Shown here piece after piece: positions 37,640-49,222 of a stretch of 64,000 bases of DNA (position 1 is its first letter; the number at the start of each line of letters is the position of its first letter). The position numbers and the translations under genes are program-made. The notes beneath the pieces are model-generated. The model was not told where the DNA came from, did no database searches, and saw only the letters and a list, made by a program, of their open reading frames with translations. Origin of the DNA: Azolla caroliniana (lineage: Eukaryota > Plantae > Polypodiophyta); assembly GCA_043228905.1 (NCBI GenBank), contig JBHGNT010000005.1:3596001-3660000 (forward strand). Direction: 5' to 3'.

Positions 37640-38318
37640 GAGCAGGGGTACTCTGTTTCTTTTAGCTTATTCGTCGTCACTCATCTATTGGCTTTGTGTC
37701 TATAGCAATAATATTTGACTTGGTGTGTGGGTATGTGTACTTGAGCTTATCTCTATGTATGTATGTATGTATGTATTGTAAATTTGTATGTATTGTATGT
37801 AGGTATGTCTATAGACTATAACTAGTAAAACACAAAGGTTCTCCAAAGGAGAATACATACATACATACATACATACATACGCATTATTCCTGATTGCGAC
37901 ATCCGTATATCTACTACATACATACATGTAAAGAGATTAGCCCATGTGCTCTAATGAGCTCGGATTTTCCCCATCTCATCATATATGATGCTCATCACGC
38001 GGTGGGTCAAAAATCTGTGGACGATGTGGACGTCTCGCCCTATATACTTTTTTTTTCAATTCGACCAGTAGTGGGACTCTCTCTTATTACTTATATGAGA
38101 CAATTTGTTAAATTAAAAAAAAAAAATTTGAGGGGGGGGGGGGGGGGGGGTGAGAATCACCTTCTTCTTCTTGTTTCCCGGTGCAACTTACTTGCCCCTT
38201 GAGGAAAGCCATCTCTATTATAGTAGCACGTTGGTTACATGATCAGAAAAGCCTACTATTAATAACTATGTGTGTATGTATGTTCTATTGTTTATGCAAA
38301 TGCATGACAACACTTAAG

Positions 38319-38351
<33 letters not shown>

Positions 38352-38949
38352 CAGTGGTTTCGATTTGCGTATGATGATTTGACCGACCGATCGTTCACAA
38401 GTTTTCCATGCACAACTTACCTCTTCCTCCTTTCTTTATTGATATCTTATTATTATAATCAGTAACATCATACCTTCTTCCATTGAACACATGGGGATTT
38501 AGCCATGTTTGTCTCACATGAATACTCAATTTTTTTTAAAGTAATGCATATACATATTTTTTTCATATTGCCAAATGTCTTCAAAGGATTATATAGACAT
38601 GGGTTAATTTATGCATTATATCCCATGAACCATGCAACACAAGTTCCGAAACAAAAAGGAAGTCGTTTGGACACAATTGGCTATCAAAAAAAGTTGTCAA
38701 AGCCTAATATTTTACACACGTTGGTGAATTTTATGATAGTGAGGTTTAAATGTCTATATTTTGATACCTCAATATAAAATGTGATACTTTTACCATTAAT
38801 TATATTTAATATTGTGTGAGTATGGGGCCGTGGCATGGTTTCTACTACTTTATCATGTAAGACAATTAAAGAGTCAAGACATATGAATAAGAATTGTTGT
38901 ACCAATTCAAGTCTTGTCAGACAAATAGAGGTTTGAAATTCGTGTAATG

Positions 38950-39700
38950 ACATGTTAACTGACAGTTACATATGCTTAGTTATATTTAGAGATTGAACTA
39001 GCTCCATGACCGGATAAATTGAAATGAGGCTCACCACTTATAAAAGTCTAATTTGATGGAAACAACAGTTAGAATAGTGTCTACTCCTATTTAAGGAATG
39101 ACATTTCTCCAATGATATTAATTATTTGGGGTATTGCATGTAAATGTTTTTCTCTACTGACGAAATTTCACTTCAACCAAGCAACCTAAACTTTCCTACA
39201 TCAACAATGGTCTTGCTCTCTAAAATGGTATACTTGCAATATGTCGCCCATTGTTAAAAGTCATGAAGTTTGATAATTGTGTAATCTCTTTGTATACTTG
39301 CAATATATCGCCCAATGTTTAAAAGTCCTGAAGTTTGTCAATTTTGAAATGTCTTTTGGTCCTTCGGAATCTTGCCAACATATTGATATAAAAATGTGGT
39401 GCATCTATTTTTGTAAGGCTACGATGTCACCCCTTAGATGAAGTTCTTTCCCAAGTATAAACATCTTGATGTAAAGAAGTCAGAGTCACATATCTTCCCT
39501 CCTCTTCTCTTATGCTTGGGTAGGCCACTTTAGGTAAAATGTTTTGTATAATCCTTCATATTTCTAGTAGCTAAAACTTTACTTCCTCCTCAAAACAAAC
39601 TTGTACTAGTTTGTAATAACTTTTACCACGCCTTTTTCCACATGTACATCATTTAATATCAAGACATGTTAAACACATGTGCGTCCACAAGTAAATGCAG
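38950..39700 (-). mobile_element. Probable decayed gypsy RT relic
   Basis: QDVYTW...KG resembles KDVFAW..DLKG at the RT N-terminus. Very degenerate. Confidence 0.3.
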
Positions 39701-41437
39701 TGTGACTATTTCCTTTCCTATTCTTTTTTTAAAAGGGACAACATACATCTCGTGATTTTAGTGCATACGTGTTCTACTTTCTCTCTCTCTCTTTTCTTAA
39801 TGATTTAATGGGAAATAATTAGTTGATGGCTTGAAGTTGATGTTTCATTTTCATTTTCTTATGCTCTTGAATAGTTTTTTTGTCTTGCAATAAAATTTAA
39901 ACCATTAAAAGTGTTGGATCACGTTGTGCGAATAAGCAGTGGCAATGTCGTATTCTATACACTAGTGGTGGGTATACATACATGATACATACACACTTTC
40001 TAGGCCTGCACAACTCAGCCCTTTTCTTTATGTTATTGCTTTTTCTAAAAGGAGCATTTTTTTAATACCGTGAAAAGAAAAATAAAGCATCAAAATTATG
40101 ATGAGACTTGAAGAATGTCACATCGTGGCATTATGCACCAATCCACGACAAGCCAATATACACACATGTTATAAACTATTCCAAACCTTTACATGTTGCC
40201 TCCCCCCCCCCTCTAAAATAAAAAACAACTCTAATAACATTGTAAGTAGGCCAAGGAATTGTGTGTCATTTGGTGAAGAAGCTAGAACGTTCACTCGAAT
40301 AAGGATCAAATCATTAGCCCATTGGAAAAAACAACTCTATTGGCTTGCTAGCAAATATTCTTAAATATTCGAGACTAGAGATTTAGGAGTCTTGAAGAGC
40401 GACAAGCAAATGACCCTTCCCTCTTAAAATTCAACACATGGGGCACAAGTTGAATTATGGGTTAATTATCGTATACATTTATTTGAAATATTCTAACATT
40501 TATGTGTTAATTATCGTATACATTTATGAGACTTGGAGAATCTTTCTTTCTGCCATTTATGGAAACGAATGAGTATTCACATCCAAGAACCAAATATTCT
40601 TCTCTTCCTAATTGTTTTCGATGGTTCAAAATAAAGTATTCCCTCAATTATTTACATTCTATGCAATCAATGCCTTCCTCGCCATGCAATATTTCCTCCG
40701 TTTACCTCATACTCTTGTACCCTAATTGGCTTAGCATAGTGGTAATGGAGATCGAGGGTTCAAACCCCCTACTTTCACACATTTTTCTCACGCTATATAT
40801 CACTATGCCTACACTACCCGCAACATTGGTGAATCGAACGTTTGATACATCTGTCTCAACTATGACTCAATTGATACCATTTGTATTAATCAAGGATGCC
40901 CAACGATGCAAATGAAGTGATGCTTATAGCAAATACTTTGGAAGATGCAAAGAAGATTAGAAGTGTATATGGAATTCTTTTGCATGCATGATAAGTAATG
41001 TCAATAGCTCCAAACAAAACATTATGATGGTCAAGACTAACAATTGGCAATGGTTCGGTTTGAACCGAACCGAACCACGAAACCGTGGCTTAACGGTTTC
41101 AACAGTTTGGTTCAGGCTTAGGTTTTTTAAAACGGTTCGGTTCGGTTTTAACAGCCAAAAACCGCGGGTTAAACGGTTTTTTATTTTTTATTTTTATTTT
41201 TTTAAAAAATAAAAAATAAAAAAAAAATAAAAATAAAAATAAGAAAAATAAGAAAAAAAAAATTGTAAAAAATTTTGTTTTTTTAAAAAAAAAAATTTAA
41301 TTTTGTTTTAAAACAATCTTTTCATTTTTAGACCTTATTCTCACGTTTTTAGAACATCTTAGAAATTTTAAAAATTTTAAAAAATGAAATATTATAAATT
41401 TAAAAAAATTTAAAATTTAAAATTTAAAATTTGACCT

Positions 41438-44096
41438 TAAGTGGGACATCTTAAGTGGGACCCAATTGATTATGCATGGCGGTTGGTTGGTTGTTCCTCA
41501 ACAAATGAACAAGTGAGTAGGATTCTCCCCTTTTTCCAATACTCTCTGGCATATGGGAGACATTTTTTGATGCAACGACATTGCGTAAATCCTATTGCAC
41601 AAAAGTATTAGGAGTCAGGTGCTATATTGCATCAATATATGGTGGCATTTTGGAAAAGTTTATGGTCTTTACCATGTATGCGGAGAGCAATTTCTTTTAA
41701 GTGGTTACTGATTCATTATGCTTTACCTGTAGATTTTCATTTAAAAGGGCAAGTCGATGATCGTCGTTGTGTGTGTTGCCGAGTACAGGAGGAAACTTTA
41801 AAACATTTATTTTGGACTTGTAGTGTAGCTCGAAAGTATTGGGGAAGAATATTGAGGATGTTTTCTTGTAAATATAAGGGAGCAATTTTTATATGGGGGG
41901 CTGTTTTTTGGGGGTCTTTGAATGTGTGGGTATCTTTGTACGAGGCGGATCAATGCGCGGAAGCATTACGTATGTCAAAGAGTACAATTGAAGCAGTCCA
42001 TCCAAACATTGTTGGTGGTAAATATTTTAGAAATTCTTTTGTTTGGAATATTGTTTCAATTAATGCTTTATGGGTGTGGTGGAAGTGTCGTTGCAGCAAG
42101 AAATATGAAGACATCGAGTACAATGTGGTCGATATGATTAAGATGGTTTGGGACAACTTGGTGCACACCGTTAAGGGAGAGTATGATAGTATTAAAGGAA
42201 CGGCGGAAAAGGTGCATAAGAAAAGGCGAAAACTTCGTAAAATATGGTGGCGAATACCTCTTTGGCTGGATGAATCACATGAAGTTCGTTGGAATTATGC
42301 TCCACCATGTTGGCTATTACCTCCTCCTAGTCCTTTCTTATTTCAAAGATAATTGTGAGGCATATAGCTTTTTCTTCTTACTCTTTTTAACTTACAATTT
42401 GACAAGAAGGACATAAGAGAGGCAGATGTGATAGGGGTAATCATGTGGAGTGACAGGGGTGAGATGTTGGATGCGGAAAATGAAGCATCTTCTAATTTTG
42501 GATAAGGATGAGTGATGAAGGTGTTGAGGGTTGTAACCGATTTAATGAGCAGAGAGGAGAGTGGTGTCATTTTCGTTTTGTAGGTACACGATTTTGGTGT
42601 GGGGGCTGAAGCATTTTTTTGATAAAGATGACTAATTGTGGTGTGGGGGCTAAAGCATAGTCTCTTGAGAAGACTAGACTCATTAATTGATTGTATGTAC
42701 AAGATTTTGGCGATAATCAACGAGATATTTGATGTGGACTTGATGAAGAAGAATGTATGTTTTTTTATAAGGATGAGTGATGAGGGTGTGGGTAACAATC
42801 GACAACGGTTCGGTTCGGTTTGAGAGGGTCCAAACCGAACCGTTAATTTTTTTTGAAACTTGAACCAAACCGTGAAACCGAAACATTAAACCATTAAACC
42901 GTAAAAACTGTGGTTTCGTGATTCGGTTTCAGTTTTCAACATAGGTCAAAATTTTAATTTTAAATTTTAAAATTTTTTAAATTTATAATATTTCATTATT
43001 TAAAATGTTTAAGATGTTCCTAAAATGTGAGAGTAAGGTCTAAAAATGAAAAGATTGTTTAAAAACAATTTTTAAAATTTTTTACATTTAAAAAAAAAGA
43101 AAACTATTTAACCGTTTAAACCGTGGTTTTTTACTGTTGAAACCGAACCGTCGCCGATTGTTAGGTGTGGGGGTCGAAGCATATTCTCATGAGGAGATGA
43201 CGAAATAAGACTCATTGTATTGTTGTATGTGTAGGATTTTTTAGCGGTATTCGGCAAGATGATTGATGTGGACTTAACAAAGAAATTTTCATGGTTTGGA
43301 TAAGTATGAGTGATGATGGTGTGGAGGCCGAAGCAAATTCTCATGAGAAGATGAGGAATTTAAACTCATTTTATTGCCTATGTGCAGAAATTTGGTGGCA
43401 ATCGGCAAGATGGTTGATGTGGACTTTACGAAGCCATTTATATGTTTTTGATAAGGATGAGTGATGATGATGTGGGGGTAGAAGCATAAGCTCATGAGGA
43501 GAGAAGGAAATTGACTTAATGTGTTGTTTGACAGGAAGTTGATGGCAACCGGCGAGATGGTTGATGTGGAAAGTGGAAGCATATTTGTTGAGTTGACAGT
43601 ATAATGTATTGGATCGTCTTCAAATTTGTCATGTACAGGAAGTTGGTGGTAACTGGCGAGATGATTCATGTGGAAAGACGAAGCATATTTGTTGAGTTGA
43701 CAGTAGAATGTGTTGGATCGCCTTCAAATTTGTGATATATAGGCGTACACTATTATCTACATTGAAAGTTTCTAGTAACATTGTGGTTTTTTGGATAAAG
43801 ATTATGTTGAGCAGAGTAGGTTGAAGAAGTATTGAATGAAAGGTTCATAATTATGACCTGCGAGGGCTTATTTCCGAATATAAGTACTTTGATTGTTGTC
43901 TATGGATATGATACCTTGCATTGTGTATAAGGAATAACTTACAATTATTGGATTGTTTTCCCTATTTTGGATTTGTTTACTCAACCACTGACTTACACAA
44001 GACGGGATGGGGGGGAAAAAACTTTGAATGTTCTAGTTGTTACGACCCTTTTTATACAACTAATGGAAGGATATTTGTTTGCGAAATTTTTTTTAT
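41438..44096 (+). mobile_element. 5'-truncated L1-like LINE (zf-RVT C-terminus plus long repetitive 3' region)
   Basis: ORF 41627-42352 has FWKSLW...CVCCRVQEETLKHLFWTCSVARKYW (zf-RVT CCHC). The insert is flanked by near-identical 15-mers TTTAAA(A/T)TTTGACCT (41423-41437 and 44097-44111). Confidence 0.85.
42793..43163. mobile_element. hAT-type MITE (inner, 371 bp)
   Basis: TIRs TAACAATCGACAACGGTTCGG / CCGAACCGTCGCCGATTGTTA; perfect 8-bp TSD GGTGTGGG. Confidence 0.93.
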
Positions 44097-45899
44097 TTTA
44101 AATTTTGACCTATGTTGAAAACCGAAACCAAACCATGAAACCACGGTTTTTATGGTTTAATGGTTTTGTGGTTCGGTTTGGTTCAGGTTTCAATTATTTT
44201 TTAACGGTTTGGACCCTCTCGAACCGAACCGAACCGTTGCTGATTGTTAGTCAAGACTCTAAAAAATGATAAAGAAAACATTATATATAATCCTAAGTCA
44301 CTTGATGTCTTAGAAAGCTTCGAATAACTTGTGGTTGAGGTGCCCTCTAATCTAGATAGAATGAATTTGCTACTCATCGCGAGGTAGAAGAATGAGGACA
44401 TGGAATTCCTTTTATAAAATATGCAATGGAATAAAAATAAAATGTTGCGCTCTCAAGAAATACATGTTTGACACTTTGGTGACACCAACGTCATGTTGGA
44501 GTTCAAATATGGCGGTTATAACATTTTTAACTTGGAATGAGTTTGAAAATGTCGAAAACCATAATTTCTTATGAAGTTTCTTCAAGTCAAGTAAACATCG
44601 TACATACTCCAAGTTGGAATTGTCACTTCCCATTTGTTCAATGACATTGGAAGAGTTCTGAAGTACACAAATCCAATGATTATTATTGTTATTGCAATGC
44701 TCCACCTTTAGTTACATTTGATTTTGTGTTCCTCTCATTTTCAACCTTGATCTATCCCTTAATGACATTATCTTTGTAAATTGTAATGTTCAGTCGCAAA
44801 ATTCTTAGACATCAAAGTCACCAACTCCACATAGTGTAAAAAAATTTCACTTTGGTTCCATACAACAAATGAGGATGACTATATATAATCTCTCTCTCTC
44901 TCTCTCAAACAAGAAAACAACATAATCCAATTGTCTTTTATTTAGATTCCCAAAGCATTCGAAAATGGTTTGTATTATGGGATTTTGAAAAAGATTTGGA
45001 TGTGTACCTAAAGAAAAAGAAATGGGGAAGAGAATACGTGTCAATAATTTGCTCAACCACATTGGAAAACAACCTCACGTTGATATGAGTTTGAGTATTT
45101 GTTGCAATCACATTGAACTCATTATACTTTACATTATGTATATATTTTGATATAAGTATAAAATCACCTATTGTACAATATAGTTAGGTAATGCTTTTTT
45201 AATGGTTGTTGGTACCGTGGGTAATTTTGGGTCCTCAAAATCATTAATATGTGATCGTCATTATTGTCATTGTCTCTCTCCCTTACACTTTCATATCCCT
45301 TTCTCATGTTTCTCTAATTCTTCCGAGTCCAACTTGTAAGAACCTAACTCTTATGGAGTTTTCATCGTAAAAGTTCAATTAAACGCACAGTTGTTAAAAA
45401 ACGCGTATTCTATGTTTAGAATACTCTGAAGTATTCTACATTTTAGAACTGCCATTTTTCAAACTTTCATGTATTCTAAAAATTTTACGTATTCTACGTA
45501 TTTAACAAGTATTTATCATTTCAAAAAAGTTTAAAAATTATTTACATTCTAAGTATTATCTTTAATGTATTTTATCTAAAAAATACGTATTCTAAGTATT
45601 TAAAAGAAAAAGTGAGAATATGTAGCATATTCTACACGTATTGTATGCTAAGTACAACAATGAGAAAACGTGGGAAAATTGATGAATTATGGTTACTTTT
45701 CGTATATGTCTCCCTCCTTTACCGTTGTTGGATATATCATATATGCATAGGGCTTGAGAAATCACTCGCATTTCAAAGATCTTCAAGGCATCAAGAACAA
45801 AATGCTGAAATAAACAAGACGGAAGCACAGTTTTAAATAGGGGATATGTTGAATTGTGCATTGCAACATGACATACCCTATGATTGCAACATGTCATAC

Positions 45900-46230
45900 C
45901 TTATGATCATACCTTTACGGAAAAATGGGAGTTATAAATCATGTAAACAAATATCAAATAATCATGCCCAGTTCTCTTTTGACAGAACTATTTGGACATG
46001 TCGTTAAGTGCATGGGCTAGAATCTAGATGGAAAGAATGGTGAGAGGGCTTATGACCAAGCTAGTTTTCGAAGCACCATATGAAAGGTCAAGGAATATAT
46101 TTTTGCATCACAGACTTCAAAAATGCTTTTGGTATGGTGCCCCATGAATATATTTGGATATGCACATTTAAGGACTTTAAGTAGGAAGTAAATATATGTA
46201 TCCTAGTAAGTTTTTCAAATCTATGATAAG
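45900..46230 (+). mobile_element. LINE RT fragment
   Basis: DQASFR..H and DFKNAFGMVPHEYIW (cf. DF.KAFD.V....LW). Confidence 0.7.
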
Positions 46231-46269
46231 ATGATATTTCATGTGCATAAGAGAGATGAAATTCTAGAT

Positions 46270-48130
46270 TGACTAATTATATTCCAAAAAATAGGGGACA
46301 AGCTCACATGACAATAGAATTGATGCACAAGTAAAGGGTATCGTATCTGAAACCTAACTATTACAACAACAATGGTCAAGATAGAAGATTTAATAATTGT
46401 AAGGATAACCCCTCTACTACTACAAAATAATAATAAGAATGACAACCAATACACTTTTGAATGGGAATTTAGCATACAATAATTAACAAAGTAATAACTA
46501 TAATTGCATTCCTACTTCTAATTACAATCGAAATGGGGGAAAAGAAAACTATTTAGAATTATAATAACAATGACTGCGACAAATTTAAGGACAATTAGAA
46601 TTAGCACCAATTTGGAACTAAGTTGCAAGACCGATGGGATCGATACAGCCAAATGAGAAAATTCCGACCAACTAGAGATAAATGTTGTCAAACCTAAGAC
46701 TAGGGAGGATGAAGATTGCTGAGTGTTATCCTCCAAGAAGAAGAGTCTAAATGCAAAGTCACGAGACTCAAAACAAATTTCAGAGCCCCATTAGACTTGG
46801 AAACCAAAAATTATGCATTAGGAATAAAGTTGGTGTAAAAATGGATCAAATCTATGCGACGGATAAAACAAAAAACTCAGTTGGGAAGAGGAAGGGAAAC
46901 AAGAAGATTAAGTTCAAATTATTCTAAGAGATGTTACAAGTGTCTGATTAAGTACCTACATTCAAGCCTAGTTCATCACATTCTTGGGTACACTAATGTT
47001 AGTACAAATTGCTACTAAACATAAATCCACAAACATGCAACACTGCCTGATCTGAACGAAGTATTGCATGTTGATTTGCAGCAACTCTTACGATAGATGC
47101 AGCCCTAGATGTCGGGAGTCCGGTGAAAGTATTTTCTTTTTCTGCTGGGGAATGGGACAAAACATTCTGCCGGAAACCGATTCCTGAAATTGAAGGGAGA
47201 GACCCCATTCCAATTCAAAAGCTAATCAATCAAAGGAAGAATACAACCAGCACCAATGCTGTGAAACCAAGAAATCGAGGTATTAATCTTCAGTCATCTG
47301 AAGTTTCTGACGATGTCGAGAAATATCTAAAAGTTGTTCCGAGCAGTCCACCGCCCCAGTCTTCAAAATCAACATTAGGAACCAGTACTAGTTTTTCAGA
47401 TTCCACTTTTTTGCAGCCAAGCACTTTCAGAACTTCAAACAGATAATTTTAAAGAAAGAAAACAAATATCAATTGAATGCGTAGAACAAAGATGAGGTAA
47501 ATTTAACCAAGTAAGAATTAGGATATATGCATAATGGAGATGATAGTGTTTTTACCTGGAGATGGAAGATTCTTTCTCCTGGTTTTACAAATCTACCAAA
47601 TATGATGTTTTTTAACGAACCAAACACAAATGATCAGTCATAAGCCAGGGTTAGGTGAGAGGAATCCCAACATAGATATGGAAACAACAAGTTCAACTAG
47701 AATTTGAGCACGTTAAAAGTAAAATAACTAGGGTTTTGGTTGGTGAACTAGAGAATGTCCATGTGGGAACAAAAGATGACCAAAAAATAGTTAAGATAAT
47801 TGTTAATCTTGATCCTGAATTCAAATGGTAAGACAAGATAATCTGGATCAAGATTAAAACTACAGTCTTTAACGACTTTAAAGATGTGTTTGTGCCAGGA
47901 ATGGATCATGCATTATTCACTCACAATATTAATTTGAATGATGATTGATGTTCCAAAACAAGCTGGGTAGGTATAGGGTACACCCCAATTACTCAAAGAT
48001 GGTCAAAGAAAAATGGGAATGCCTTGCTCAAGGGCTGATAATAAGAAACCAACTGTTGTAGTCCCACAAAGGATGTAAAAAATTGTAATGATTATAGGAA
48101 ACTGAATGCAGCAATATCAAATTCATTTCC
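46270..48130 (+). mobile_element. Decayed Ty3/gypsy protease-RT fragment
   Basis: LDVGSPVKV (aspartic protease-like), FNDFKDVFVPGMDHALFTHNINL, RYRVHPNYSKMVKE, PTVVVP. Confidence 0.7.
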
Positions 48131-49222
48131 CTTGGCCTAAATTGAGGTGGTGTATTTTCAATGTGTGTCAATGTGGTGGCAATTTCAAGGCATTGTGCAT
48201 GATTTTTCAAGCTGCACTTGTAATTTCTAATGACCTTCTAGTTTCAAGAATCATTACAGTGCACAGGGCTGTTTACCCCTGAATGGTGGCATAGAAATGT
48301 CTTTCTCCTAGTTAGACGAATGTTCAAAATGTGGTGACTAGTATGTCAATTTCCAGGCATTCGACCTTCATCATACACCATTGGCTATTGCCTTCTAAGT
48401 CAATAGGTATGCATGATTAATTAGACATACGTTCACAATGTGTTGACTGGTACACCAATTCCTATGAAACATCTTGACAGTTGGGTAAGGATTTGCCAAT
48501 GTACAATGCAGTCTACATAAATTAGAGGCAATACTGTGAAATGCCCAATGGTTGTATTTTCCTCATGTTCTCCTAAGAGTAAGAGTTCTTGGATGAACTC
48601 TTCTTGTTGGACAATAAATACACCGAGTAGTGTAGGTGATGGTGGTAATCTTGTCCACTCTATGGGCTCATGAAATCTCTAGAAAAGCCATTATTTGTAT
48701 TTACCATGCATTTTACTTCTTGCTATACCATGTTGATAAAATTGCCTACTCTTTACTATAGCTTTGCACTTTGAGCTGTTTTAAAAACATGATAGCACAA
48801 TGGTTGTACTTTAAGCCATTCACTACAACCCCTGAACAATGAGATAGTCTTAGTGCTGTGTTTGGGTCAAAAACCTACTTTGTTCCACAACTCTCTTGTG
48901 TTTTTCTGCCAATTCTAAGCTTATTCTCACTACCATCACTTAAACTTCCATAATGCTTATTCTCATATGACACTGAGCACATAGCTTCATTGGTCATATG
49001 GATGATAATGTGCTGTATTCTCTCTCTCATATTTTTATAGAAAGCATGTTATAGCTCGGTGGCATTACATACACGTGTAGTAACCAGAGCCCTTATCATG
49101 AACATGATTTTGTGCCACTTTCTAGCAAATCTTATAATGCCCTTGGAGCTCATTCTCTTTATGTGCATAAAAAGCATGCACTTTGGCCATTGTAGCCTCC
49201 CTTACTGAGTTCATTGTATCAT

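Larger units (their letters stand above)
41038..44249. mobile_element. hAT-type MITE (outer), interrupted by a 2.65-kb insert
   Basis: TIRs TAACAATTGGCAATGGTTCGG / CCGAACCGTTGCTGATTGTTA; perfect 8-bp TSD GTCAAGAC (41030-41037 and 44250-44257). Confidence 0.92.
40900..44700 (+). mobile_element. LINE RT fragment split by nested insertions (pieces 40900-41037 and 44250-44700)
   Basis: Removing 41038-44249 and one TSD copy rejoins NVNSSKQNIMMVKT|LKNDKENIIYN..LDVLESFE*LVVEVPSN, collinear with the LINE at 1040-1690. Continues KKYMFDTLVTP. Confidence 0.75.

Noticed and set aside
40727-40770. tRNA-like A/B boxes (TAGCATAGTGG..GGTTCAAACC)
   Set aside because: Too short and no cloverleaf; at most a SINE-like remnant.
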